DNA of 64,000 bases from Chiloscyllium plagiosum (Eukaryota), in contig NC_057728.1 in the NCBI RefSeq assembly GCF_004010195.1, forward strand, positions 27,968,108 through 28,032,107, in the 5' to 3' direction. Every line of letters begins with the position of its first letter. The stretch's first letter is position 1. The translations under genes and the position numbers were made by a program. The notes beneath the pieces were generated by a model, which did not search any database, was not told the DNA's origin, and worked only from the letters and a program-made list of their open reading frames with translations. Positions 50,230 through 62,290 of this stretch are shown here, piece after piece.

Positions 50230-51500
50230 ATATTGGAATAGCAAAGTTTAATCAAAGGAAATCCAGCATGGATTTGTTAAAAGGCAAGTGCAGTAGATGT
50301 AAGGATATGCTTCTATAGCACTTATGTCACATAACTAACAAACTAAAGGCCTGGAGTAAAGATATAGAGATTCAAACTTGACCATGGTACCTTGAAAATT
50401 TAAACTTAATTAAATAGATCAGGAACTAAAAAGACACCATCAATAACTGTGACCGTCAAATCACCAGTTATCGTAAAATCCCACCTGGTTTACAATGTCA
50501 CTTAAGAAATCTACCATTCTTACCTGGTCTGACTCACGTGTCACTCCAGACACAGACATGCAGGTGATTCTTGTGTGCCCTCTAAAATGGCTTATCAAGT
50601 CACTCAGCTATGCTAAAAGAGGTGACTCACCAACACCTTGTCAAAGGTAATTAGTGATGGGCAATAAATGTTAGCCTTTCCAGTATCCTGCAAATGGATT
50701 AAAAAGAATGTTTTATATCTGAACTTCAGAAGCAAAGCCCTACACAGACGGCTCATTATTTTCATGAACTCTCGCCTCTCAAGGATAAAATGGCAATACA
50801 GATTCCAAATTGGCTCATTGACAGGAAACAAGGGAGCATGAGTGGTAGAAACATTTTCTTTCAGACTGGGAAGCAGTTTGCACTGGGTGTTTCCCACTAT
50901 CCAGCTTTGGGTCCATTAGTCTTCAATGTTATAAATAATATGAACTTGGATGTATAAATCAGCATTATAAAGTTTGTAGATAAGAAAGTTAACATAGGGC
51001 GAGCTACATTGAGATTAGTAAATAGACATTGAGGGATAGACATACTGTTGAATTAGATAGAAGCCATCTGCTGAGGTTCTAAAGTGGATAAGTGCACTAG
51101 AGATTATATAACATTTTGTAAGTGTTAACTATAAAGGGCAGAATTTTTAAAAGTGTAGATGAGCAGAGATCCTGGTGTCAATATACTGAAATCCAGAAAA
51201 GGTGGCAGGCTAAATTATTGAGGTGGTTAAAAAGAAAAAGTATGTGTTACTCATATTTATAAATAGAACCACAGAATTTTAAAAAAAGGATTGAGATGAA
51301 ATTTTATAAGTTACTGGTTTGGCCTCAGCTGGAACATTGTGTACAATTCTGGGCATCACACTTCAGCAAAGAAGCAAGACCTTAGAAAGCGCACTGCTTA
51401 CCAGGATGTTACTGAGATTGAAGACTTAGGTTTTCAAGAGGTTTGAAAAGAGAAGCCCAAAAGGTAACTTAGTAGAGGTTTTGATAGAATAACTAGAGAT
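50230..51500 (+). mobile_element. Highly decayed CR1 RT region with nested fragments
   Basis: Remnants of QHGFVK, GVS...LGP..F, KFVD and GGCCTCAGCTGGAACATTGTGTACAATTCTGG (PQLEHCVQFW). Confidence 0.5.
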
Positions 51501-52120
51501 TTGCCAAAGAATACAGATTTACAGATTACAAATAAATATTGAAAAAGAGGAAAAAGGGAAATAGTTTCAGTCAGAATTTTCAAATTCTGACTTTCAATTT
51601 CAATACCTAAAAAAGTAGTGAAGTCAATTCCAAAATTATTTTGAAAACATAATGGCCAATTTAGGGATGTTGGACAAAGCATGACTGCACTTTCAAACAG
51701 TCACCAGAGGCACGATGTCTTGAGTGTCTTCTTTGCTGTTTTAAGATTCTATCACTCAAAAGGAAGGATAAGAATAAATTTTGAGTTGAATTGTGATAAC
51801 TGGTATTATTAAGTAAACATCTCCCAGTAGGCCATTCGCTATTTAGATTAAAGCTGACTTGTATCTTAACTGCATTTAGCCAAATTGGGTCCATAACCCT
51901 TAATACCCAACAATTTTTAATTGACAGAGTCAAGTTTTTTTTTAAAAAGGAGATTTTCAATTCCTTTGTTGGAAGAGATGCTTTCCTATCAACCCTGATG
52001 GTGCAGCTAGATATTAAGATTAGCACAAATAATGATATCTTGTACAAAGTATTCCAACAGACTTAAATCAAAAGCCGATCTCTTGGTAAAAAGACTGTCA
52101 AAAAAGATCAGTGTTAAATT

Positions 52121-52460
52121 GGGCAGCATTGTGGCTCAGTGGTTAGCACTGCTGCCTCACAGCACCAGGGACCTGGCTTCAATTCCAGCCTCGGGCAACT
52201 GCTTGTGTTGAGTCTGCATGTCCTCCCCATGTCTGTGTGGGTTTCTCCGGGTGCTCCGGGTTCCTCCCACAGTCCAAAGATATGCAGGTTAGGTGAATTG
52301 GCCAAGCTAAATTGCCCATAGCATTCAGGGATGTGTAGGTTAGATGCATTAGTCAGGGGAAAGCTAGAGTTATGGGAAACAGGTCTGGGTGGCATTCTCT
52401 TCGGAGAGTCGATGTGGACTTGTTGGGCCAAATACTTCCACACTGTCAGGATTCTATGAT
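52121..52460 (+). mobile_element. HE1 (V-SINE) shark SINE
   Basis: GTGGCTCAGTGGTTAGCACTGCTGCCTCACAG (A box), TTCAATTCC (B box), V-domain GGGTGCTCCGGGTTCCTCCCACAGTCCAAAG, and a GATTCTATGAT tail. Confidence 0.88.
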
Positions 52461-53380
52461 ACTAAATGCAATTTTAACATCTAGCAGGTTAATCATGTAT
52501 TCTACTTTTAAATAGAATTAAGAGATGAAGGTTTGGTTTATTGTTTAATGGTATAGCTAGGTGGAAGAATCATTACTTCAGACAACGGTCTAATATTGTA
52601 CCAGCACATTTTTGTAGGACACTAAAATGTTTAACTTCTTATTGCTCCATCATTAATTATAGACCAGTTTCTCTACTCATTTGTAAACTAAGAAAGGGAA
52701 CATTTTGTCTCAAACCAAAACAGGAATTGCTGGAAAGGTTCAGCAGATCTGCCAGCATCAGTGCAGAGGAATCAGTTAACATTTTGGGTCCAGTGACCTG
52801 TCCTCAGAACTCTCCAAAATTTAGTCTCTATCACCAGTTCATATTCAATCACATCGGTGGGGTCTGGAAGCATTTATATGTCAGATCAGGTAAGAAAGCA
52901 GATTTGCTTCCCTCAAGAATAACATCCTTGAACAGATAGATTATTCCAATAATCCAGCAGCTAATGGTCACTTTTAAACTTCAGTTTTAAATTTCCAAGT
53001 TTTTAAAACATAAGCTCAACTGAAATTCTGCCTGGAATTGCCATGGTGGGATTTCAGTTATGTATTCTGTTAGCATTGTAACTAAATGCAAACCATATTT
53101 AACAAATAAGCAACTGATCCTACTGCCGGGGTGCAAGAATGCTCTCTTTGGTGGCAAACCAAGCTAACAGCAGATACCATCTGTCAATCATAGTAGCTTG
53201 ATTTTGCAGAAATCAGAACTTATTCTGCTACGGGATTTCAGCAGTTCAAACTTAGACAACATGAATCTGTTACATACACAATTAAATCTTATTTAAATTA
53301 ACTGACAAATTAGAATCAATCCTTCCCACTGAGGTTCGTTTCAGAGGAGTTTTGAAAAAGCTGTCTGGAAAATGACTTAC

Positions 53381-53480
53381 ACAAAATCAGAATTTATTCT
53401 GTGAGATCCACTGGCCATGGATTTAAATTCGACCCCTTCTAAATCCACTTCATGTGGCAGACACCATTCAATAATGTTAC
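53381..53480 (-). CDS. DENND11: DENND11 coding exon 2
   Basis: CAG|GT...GT|GTAAGT; (G)[32 protein letters not shown](V); 100 nt. Confidence 0.96.
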
Positions 53481-54659
53481 CTGTGGAGAAAGATGTCAAT
53501 TATTACACACTGGCCATTTTACAGCACTCCATGAAGCATAGGTCAGCAACAGTCATATCTCTCAATTTTGAAGAAATGGCTTTTCTACATGAAATCCTAA
53601 ACAATCCTAATCCTAAACTTGGACACCAGGATTGTTGATTATCAGTTTGTTATTGGGCTACTAATCTGTGAGAGGAACTTCATAAACTCTCAAACAAAAA
53701 TAGAAATTATTGCACAAACTTAGCAGGTCTGGCAGCACTGTGAAGAGATAAGAATTAACGTTTTGAGTCCAGTGACTAATCCAATTTTGAAGAAGGGGTC
53801 TGCCAGACTTACTGAGTTTCTCCAGCAATTTTTGCTTTGATTCAGATCTCCAGCATCTGCATTCTTGGTTTTATTTCAGAATCTCTCTGTTGAGGCTGTA
53901 TCATAACCTGTCTCTAGATCATGAACTTTTTGCTCTCTAAGCATAAGGCACATACAAAAGAATTAAATAGTGTGGGCGACAATTTGACTTTAACATCAGA
54001 ATTCAGCCAATAGTTCAGCTTTGTATTGGGTCACATTTGCACTTTGTTTTGATGGGCTCAAGTTTAAAAAATGGAAGATGACAGACCAGCCAGGAAAGCA
54101 CTTAAGCAGTCAGTTCAGCAGAAATACAAAAGCCTGGTTGAGGGTTTCAGCACTGAAGCAAGAATGGAAACAGGTAACATTACAATGTACGAAGAGATAA
54201 TCTTGCCAATGATTAGCAAAAGTATGGCTTAAGATTGTGAACTGCATGGTTCAGCCTATATCAGTAGCATAGATGGATTCCCTGCTGCCACTGAATAGCC
54301 AAGAATGAAAAAGACTACAGACACATCAAGGAGGACAAGAGGGATAAAGTCAAAGGTGATGTTATTTTTGAGTCTGGTTAAGAGATTTCAGTGCCGAGAT
54401 TTCAGGGGTGTGAATCAAATTGGAGAAAATAAAGTTCCGAAGGCTATCCCAGTTGAAAACTGCTCAAACAAACAATTACACTAAAGACTCCATTAACATG
54501 CAAGATTTTGTTAACTAAGTTTTGTTAAAGGTCCTTTCGAAAAAGCGAATGCTTCACGATTAGACTCAATTGAAAACATACCTTTATAAATAAATAATAT
54601 TTGTGTTAAGAGATTACATTACATATTTCCTTATTTCTCTACAACAGTAACAGAGAATA

Positions 54660-55250
54660 AAGTCATAGAGATATAAATCACAGAAACAGACCCTTCAGTC
54701 CAATTTGTCCATGCCAACAAGATATCCTAACCTAATCTAGTCCCATTTGCCAGCACTTGGCTCATATCCCTCTAAACCCTTCTTATTCTTGGACAAATCT
54801 AGATGCCTTTTAAATATTGTAATTGTACCAGCCTTCAACACTTCCTCTGGCAGCTCATTCCATACATGCACCACACTTGCGTGAAAAAGTTGCCCCTTAG
54901 GACCCTTTTAAATCTTTCCCCTCTTGCCCTAGACTCCCCCACCCCAGGGAAAAGACCGTGTCTACTGACCCTATCCCTGCCCCTCATGATTTTATAAACC
55001 TCTGAGGTCACCCCTTAGTCACCGATGCTCCAGGGAAAACAGCCCCAGCCGATTCAGCCTCTCCCTATAGCTCAAACCTCCGATCCTGGCAACATTCTTA
55101 TAAATCTTTCCCTGAACCTTTTCAAGTTTCACAACATCCTTCCTATAGAAGGGAAACCAGAATTGCACACAATATTCCAAAAGTGGCCTAACCACTGTCC
55201 TGTAGAGCTGCATCATATACTCAATACTCTGACCTATAAAAGAAAGCATA
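54660..55250 (-). mobile_element. CR1 LINE 3' fragment
   Basis: MLSFIGQSIEY..QLYRTVVRPLLEYCVQFW.P.YRKDVVKLEKVQ...LSYRERLNRLGLFSLEHR. Confidence 0.88.
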
Positions 55251-56554
55251 GTAAACAGCTTATAGATTCAGTCTGTGAGACATAAGAATTATGTCAATTA
55301 TTTCATTTTTGTTCTCAATATCTTCAAATATGTTGCACAACCAGTGAATTACTTTAGAAATGGAGTCATGTGATTTGTAGGCAAATGAAACTACGTGCAA
55401 ATTGCAAGAACCTAGTAAGCAGTAAATAAGGAACAATGAGTGTACAGCTTATTTTTCAAGGAGTGCAAAAAACATCTCACCTGAAAGAGATTGCTGCCAC
55501 TAATGCATTCAGCACTGTACTGCCAAGACAGTGACAACAGGTGGCCTTGAATGGATTGACCCTGACCTAATTCAGAGGTAAAAGTACTGCCAACTCAGCA
55601 AAGCTAACATTTCAATAAAAGGTGTGTTTAACTTTATAGCTTCATTAACACAGCTATTGAATAAGCCTTCAGGTTTTCAGAGGAATGAATTGTAAGATGA
55701 GTGTGCCAAATTTGATAAATTCTGGTACTACTGTTCAGAGTGCTGTATTCTATTAATTGTCATTGTAGGTAGGAAGAAAACTGGGAGCAGAACAGCATTA
55801 AGAGCCCTAAGGATGTCCATATATTATTACATAGAGCACCCAAAATTAAATCAGGCTTCATAAATGAAATCTGGTGCCACATGTCCTTGCTCAGTTATCC
55901 ATAGGCCTAATATCAACCATGGAAATATAACATAAACCTGTCAGCTCTGTTCAAACAGGGACATCTGTATAAAATTATTCTTCCCTTTTAATGTATTTCC
56001 ATAATGCCATCAGCTCAAAGCATTGGATTATAAGTAGCATTTTATCACTTCTACTTCAAGAATATTGGCTACCAAAGATAAAATGGCCTTTTTATGACAA
56101 TACTTATAGCATAAAGCTACAAGGTCACAACACTGAAGGGCCTGAAAACTATAGCAGGGTACTATTGAAACATTCATGGTGTAAAGACATTTATTGATGA
56201 CTTTAAATGGGTGAAACTATAAAAATACTGAGAGATTAATGAAGTTGGCTTATTTTTGGATCCTAAATATAACAGACACCCCATCTCAACTCCACTATTA
56301 AGCACTATGCACATATTCCATAATTTCGGTTGAGTTCATTTTGAATGTACTCAATGTCCAAGAATCCACTGCTGTCTGAGGAAGGGGATTCCATAGACTC
56401 AAAATCATTTTGGTGAAAAAACTGATCTTAAATGTTGACGTACTTGGACTGAAGTAGTGACTCCTAGTTCTAGATTTGCCATCCAGAACACTTGACCCCC
56501 CCATATGTTGAAAGTAGTACTTTGGAATATGCTGATAGCCAAGTTCGGAACCCA

Positions 56555-57126
56555 TGGGGATGGCCTCAACTGGGACCTTAGGTTCATGTCACGCTAAAGG
56601 TGACCATGCACACACACACTCTCACCTCGGTCTCCCCTGCACATGCATGTACAAGTTTGTAGGATGAATTCATACTTGCAGATTTACATTTTATATTGTT
56701 CAAAAATTGCATAAATCCACATAAGATTCTGTAAATTCCACTTCAGAAATAGAATCAGTCTCGCCTAACATTGCGACACAGACAAACTTTAATCTCACAT
56801 CTTCAATGCATTTTCTGAGCTGAGATGGCACCTATTGTTAAAGCTATCTTGAGAATGGAATTTTAAAAAAGTTCTGGAATTTACATATGAAGGAACCAAA
56901 ACTAACATGATCATTCTTAAAGATGAAAGGCTTCAGCTTAATTTGTTTAATATTACATTCCATGGCATTGCAATCCTGTTACAATAAATTCTGTGTTCTA
57001 GGATTCTGCTCCACAATCACCTGATGAAGAATGCTAGTGCTTCCAAATAAACCTGTTGGACTATAACCTGGTGTTGTGTGATTTTTAACTTTGTCCACCC
57101 CAGTCCAACAATGGCACCTCCAAATC
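56555..57126 (+). mobile_element. Retroelement 3' end (Penelope-like), same family as 6107-6487
   Basis: Shared sequence blocks with 6107-6487, preceded by GGCCTCAACTGGGACCTTAGGTTCATGTCAC and a (CA)n tract. Confidence 0.6.
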
Positions 57127-58168
57127 ATGGAATATGTTGAGTCTTGGCAGCCATTTTTATGTCAAGTGTCAAATGCCTTTCTTGAAGCCAGGTCCACAAT
57201 CAGACAAAAGACTTACAAAATGAACTTTGACAGATTGGTCACTCTGTCTGGATGGTCAAAAGTCACATTCCCTGCCAGATCCTGTTTTCACAACTCTCAA
57301 ATGGTCAAACTGCAAAGATGTTCTTTAGTTCCTCGTGAAGTGTGGCTACATTGCCATTAAATAATTGGGAACAACGTGCCACCAATCATTCAGGATGATT
57401 CGGAGGGGCGCTGTGGATTTGTTGGGCTGAAGGGTCTGTTTCCACACTGTAGGGATTCTATATAGAAGTAGTGGTGAAGCAGGAAAGAAAGAGTAAATAC
57501 ATCATGTATTCTAGATCTGCTACCTGATGGGCCATCCTACAGCAAACGTCCAAGGTACATAGTCCTTAGCAATTTAAGAACTAAGTCCACAATCATTCAA
57601 CAAAATCTACAGCTTCTTTTAAACCAAAAGGATGACATCAATGCTGACATCAATGCTGTTTCCAATCTCAGCCTCCATAAACTCCAGACTCTTTTCATTA
57701 CTCACGAAGTAGTAAAATATTGGTATCCCAACCAAGTGTATCTAAACCAAATCCAAATGGTTTGCATTGATCGTTAGTTTCTTTTTTGAAAATGCTTTGG
57801 TTAAAGAAAAAGGACGGACCAAGTCTCTTTAATGATACAGTGCACCTCGCTTACTATGACCAAGTTGGAACAATCCAGGGCTGAGTATTCGGAATGAACT
57901 CTACCGCTTTGTAAGAGCCGTATTCCAATACAGTTTTTGTACCAGAGATGGTATCATCAACTCAGAAAGGCTTTGTTATAAGCAATATCACTCAGTGCAA
58001 CTAAAGTAGAGAACAAATTCCTCAACCCTTGAGTATGCAGATGCTACCATCACCATCTCCTCCTCCGGGTACCATGGAGACCCCGCCATCTTCCCATCCC
58101 CCGATTCTGCAGCCATTTTAACTGCGGACACTGGATGAAAACTGTGGCTGTGGGGAGACCACTCTCAC

Positions 58169-58409
58169 CTGCTCTCGTGTCGAAAGTCACCACAAACACG
58201 GCCACCACTTGCTCCTCCTCTTCCTGCTGCTGAGCTCCCGGAGCGGCGGCCGCATCCCCCTCCGGCTCCGAGCTCCAGCTGTCGGCAGCTCCGCGCGGTG
58301 AGGCCGTTGATCCGGCGGCATTCCCAGGAGCCGGGCTGGAGCCATCCCAAGGAGGGAATGTGACAGCAGGACCTTCCTCGTACTCGAGCAGCGGGGCGCG
58401 GTCCGCCAT
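58169..58409 (-). CDS. DENND11: DENND11 coding exon 1
   Basis: CpG-rich; GGGATGG start; MADRAPLLEYEEGPAVTFP...EEEEQVVAVFVVTFDTRA(G); donor CAG|GTGAGA. Confidence 0.93.
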
Positions 58410-58680
58410 CCCAGCGGCGCAGCTCGGCTCGGATCAAGCTCACTCCGAGGTGTCGTCTCGCTGCTGTTTCCAGAGAAACCGGAAACCACTGCTGGGAATC
58501 GGACATGGCGTCAGGGTGGTGGAACCAGACCTGCGCCATCTTGGGAAGGTCACATATTAACCTCTTTCTACTGGTGCTCAAAGAAGGATAAGAAGGTTTA
58601 GTTTGAGGTGTGCCTGCTTTGTTTCTGGGTCTCAGATGCTCTTTGTAGTAATTATTTGTAGGTTACACTTCCGTTGAATG
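58410..58680 (-). promoter_or_regulatory. DENND11 CpG-rich 5' UTR/promoter with YY1 and ETS motifs
   Basis: GCGCCATCTTG (minus CAAGATGGCGC, YY1) at 58533-58543; ACCGGAAA at ~58478 and ACTTCCGT at ~58667 (ETS cores). Confidence 0.55.
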
Positions 58681-58919
58681 TGAACATTATTCAATGTTAA
58701 GAAAAGCTACATTTATTTCGTATTTTTCATAACTTAAGAATGTAGGACAAAGCTAACAAAGTACAGATGTAGTCATTGTTGTAATTGCAAGAAATGCAGT
58801 AATGAAGAAAATGTGAAGCCAAATTGCACACAACAAAAGATAATGTCGTCTGTTTTTGTACTGTTGATGAGTGATGAATATCAGGCAGATTCTCTTTTAT
58901 ATCTGGCCCTAGAAAGGGC

Positions 58920-59050
58920 TTAGGTTTAACAGTTCACTTGAAAGACTCCACTTCAGATAGTGCAGCACTCCCACATCTTTGATTTTTATGCTCAAGTCCT
59001 GGAGTGAAATTTGAGTACACAACCTTCTGACTCAGTGGCAAAAGTACTGG
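58920..59050 (-). mobile_element. Ancient Deu-domain SINE fragment (SacSINE1/AmnSINE-like)
   Basis: Minus: TGAGTCAGAAGGTTGTG...ACTCCAGGACTTGAGCATAAAAATC...GGGAGTGCTGCACTATCTGAAGTG..TCTTTCAAGTGA..TGTTAAACC. Confidence 0.6.
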
Positions 59051-60159
59051 GCACATGCTGGTGTGGCTATTGGGATACACTGATTCTGCTTTAGGTATTG
59101 TGGAGAGACACCTACATTTCAAGTTGTTGAAAATAACATCTAGACTTCACTGTTGTATAGTCTAAGACAAAGTAGTATAACTCCACAGATGGAAATTTGA
59201 TAATCTGTCATCATGATTTGGATTTCATTTAGGCTACATTGTGTTGAATTATGCTTGTTTACTTAGTAAAACCTGAGGTAATCAAAAAATATCAAATTAA
59301 AAATTCAAACGGTTGCAAATGTTTGAACAACTACATTAAGTTTTTAAAATTAATGTGACAGTAACAAACATGCCCGCTGCACTGGTTCATATATCACAAG
59401 AGAAACTCTTAAAAAACACAAGGTATAAAATCATGAGTTGTTTTTTTTCTTCAAATATAACCAGGCAGATTGGCATATTAGCAGAAAAAAAGTGTCTTAT
59501 TTAACCTGTAACTCATCAGAGCTCTTCGCAGAAATACTGTATTAAATCTACAAATTTTTTAGAGATTTTTTTTAAAAATCCTACTAGTTGTACATTCAAT
59601 CACAAAGGGTTATATTTACATGATTAGTATTTCTAGTTTGTGGAGTTACTAAATGATTCTGTCTTCTGAGAAACATCCTATTTTGATTGATATCTCTGAA
59701 GACCAAAGACTTCAGCACTGTGTTAGCGTTGTTTTTGTTAGTGCATAAATCTCTTCTCATTGTTCTATATGTTCAACAGTGTTCTTCATGGCAGAGAACG
59801 AACACTTTCAATCTGCAAGTGATTACAGTCTCCGGTCCTGTACAAATAGTTAACTGTAAATGCCCTCACGTCAACCAGATGTGGGGAATCACTAATAATG
59901 TTAAAATGATTAAATTGCTCTTAATATTACCTACTTTGTGACAGAAATTTATTGTAATAAAGCAAAGGAGATAGCAGGTAAATTCATTGAGAAGTAATTC
60001 AATTAACAGCTTGCTGCTTTGGATCATAAGGGAAAAGCTTTTCACAGAAACTAAAATGATTTCTTAAACTTTCTAGCTTAGTTTTCCTAACTAAGCACAT
60101 TGTTAAACATTGACATTATGAAACACAGTACATGTGAAATGTAAACCTGCGTATACAGA

Positions 60160-60758
60160 AAACCGACAAACACTGACCAAATACTTAACTACACCAGCAA
60201 CCATCCCAACACACACAAACGAAGCTGTATCAGAACACTATTCCTACGAGCCACCACACACTGCAGCACAGACGAACTTCGGAAAACAGAGGAGAACCAC
60301 CTATACGACGTATTCAAGAAGGGATACTCAAATAATACAGTGCGCAGATTCCTCAAGAACAAACCACGACAAGCAGACCAAACACAGCCAGAAACCCTAA
60401 CCACCTTACCATACATCAAAGAAATTTCAGAAATGACAGCCAGACTACTAAGACCCCTCGGAATCCTAGTAGCACACAAACCCACCAACACTCTCAAACA
60501 AAAACTAACAAACTTAAAAGACCCAGTACACATAGATCTAGATGCCATCTATCAACCCCTCAGAAAACGAACAGGAAATGACATCACCACAAACCCCAGG
60601 AACCCCATCCAGGAGAAAGATATAAATAGAAAGCAGGAGACAACAGCTTTGCTTCACTTGGAGGTCGCCACTGATGATGTTACCTAGCCAGGTAATGAAA
60701 TGTCTGGCTATCAAACCTACACCCTAAACCTCAACCTGAGTTACAAACCTTGCAAAAA
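60160..60758 (+). mobile_element. Penelope-like retroelement, internally deleted
   Basis: YRKPTNTDQILNY.S.HP...K.SCIRTLF.RA..HCS and TLPYIKEISEMTARLLRPLGILVAHKPTNTLKQKLTNLKDP (PLE RT C-terminal/linker region); terminal CACTGATGATGTTACCTAG..GGTAATGAAATGTCTG. Confidence 0.8.
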
Positions 60759-61419
60759 CTTTGTGAAATATCAGTATTTTTAATAGACTTCTTTGCAAAC
60801 CCACCTTTTGAAGGTTTTTAATTGCTTGGCTCTGCTCTTCCATGACCGATGGCAATAACCATTCAGTGATTAAAGTGTCTAATCCCTGTAATTTTATGGA
60901 AGTGTAAAGAACGAGAGGGCACAGATGTAAAATAATTGACAATAGATAAGGTTAATACAAGTAAAATATTGTTCATGCAGCAAAAGATCAGGCTACTGCC
61001 TTGAAGCATGATATAGTAATTCAAAAATGAATTAAATCTGTATGAAGAAAGGAACAAACTATATGTTTATGGGGAAAAGGCAAGAGAATGACACTGTGAT
61101 ATGCCCCTAGATAGGACAGACTGAATGGCCTGTGTTGTAATGATTTTTGTAATTGTGATCATTCTTGGAGATCTTTTCTGCAACCTCTTGAAAACAATTA
61201 AACATGAATCTGCTGGATACTGCTTCAAACAAGTCATATTTTTAAAAACTACAGGACAATTAATGTAACTGTTAGTTTTAAGAGTCATTTTGTACTGGTT
61301 ATAGAAGTAATTGCTAAGAATTTAGTTGTTTGAGGCCTTATACATCCTTTGATGAAATCACCACCAAACTTGACAACACTATCCACCAAGATCTTATAAA
61401 AGTCAGCGGTTTCCGTACC

Positions 61420-61616
61420 TAACCAATAATATGTAGGAAAATGTTTCTTTCCCATTTACAGTGTGCTATTGTCAGGATACTGGGACTACAGAACAGATGC
61501 GGTGACCTTCACAAGATGGCGGCGCAGTGATCCTGCCCTTGTGGAGTGAGGGCGCGCCTGCGCATTGCTGTGCTCGGCCAGTGGAGGAAGCGCGGTGGGC
61601 CCAGGCAGAAAGCGCA
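61420..61616 (+). promoter_or_regulatory. CpG-rich promoter/5' UTR with CCAAT, YY1 and NRF1 motifs
   Basis: AACCAAT at ~61422; CAAGATGGCGGC (YY1) at 61512-61523; GCGCCTGCGCA (NRF1, GCGCNTGCGC) at 61554-61564. Confidence 0.7.
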
Positions 61617-61631
61617 ATGTTGCAGTTCCTG
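61617..61631 (+). CDS. STMP1: First coding micro-exon (MLQFL) of short transmembrane mitochondrial protein 1; downstream exons not found in the window
   Basis: GCAATG TTG CAG TTC CTG|GTGAGT in a CpG-rich patch. MLQFL is the N-terminus of vertebrate STMP1 ([22 protein letters not shown]...). An NRF1 site fits a mitochondrial gene, and STMP1, PARP12 and DENND11 all lie on human 7q33-34. Only 5 codons are visible. Confidence 0.7.
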
Positions 61632-61658
61632 GTGAGTGAGTGAGTGAGTGAGTGAGTG
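61632..61658 (+). repeat. (GTGA)6 microsatellite grown from the splice donor
   Basis: GTGAGTGAGTGAGTGAGTGAGTGAGTG directly at the intron start. Confidence 0.95.
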
Positions 61659-62290
61659 GAATCGGGAACGGTGACTTTCCTGAGCTGAAGCCGCTCTGAG
61701 TGGGTGTCCGCGATGGGCTGAGGCTTAACTTGAGCTTTAGCTTTAGGCTGCGGCCTCCACTAACTTCCCCAAGTCTGGTCGGTTTCTAATGATGGGCGTT
61801 AGCTGTTGTCTCCTCTCAGGCAGCTGCTCCTGGTAATGACCGTTCAATGTGGGGCTTCCTCAGCGTACTTTTGTATTTACTGTAGGTAGGAACTTCTATT
61901 AGTGTCATTCGTCTATATGGTTCACTTGGTTTCAGGGAATTAGAAGATGTTCCTCTAGACGTTGGCTTTGGATGGGATTTATCCGCTTGTTGCTTCATGC
62001 CGGTGTCAATTATTCTGGCATCGTTCAAATACAATTTATTTGTTTTTTCCCACAGCCTAAAACTGATCTAACTAAACTATTTGTCATGTATAATAGTACA
62101 TGACTTGACCATTCAAAGTTGACATTGTATAAAATCAGTTTCTTTCAGTTGTTATGACGTGCACTTTGTTAATATCTACAATATTAATTATATGCCACAA
62201 ATACCACTTGAATTCTGTGGTTTTTTTTGCCTGTCTGTGTACGATGGTAAAAGGGTCTTATGATCTTTTTTAATTGTCCCTTTTGAAAAG

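Larger units (their letters stand above)
34624..58409 (-). other. DENND11: DENN domain-containing protein 11 gene (KIAA1147/LCHN), 9 coding exons, 448 aa
   Basis: Exons 241+100+159+163+139+129+151+69+196 = 1347 nt join in frame with GT-AG introns. Diagnostic peptides: [96 protein letters not shown]. Confidence 0.95.

Noticed and set aside
20331-52460. tRNA genes suggested by A/B boxes (20331, 38850, 40513, 52121)
   Set aside because: The boxes belong to tRNA-derived SINE heads that continue into SINE bodies; no complete cloverleaf.
58050-58581. Overlapping ORFs 58165-58581, 58187-58489, 58360-58560 and the read-through tail of 58050-58409
   Set aside because: By-products of GC-rich exon 1. 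Only the frame starting at 58409 matches DENND11, and it splices at 58169.
61617-61631. AGK, WEE2 or SSBP1 (human neighbours of DENND11) as the divergent gene
   Set aside because: No matching peptides seen; MLQFL followed by a donor fits STMP1.
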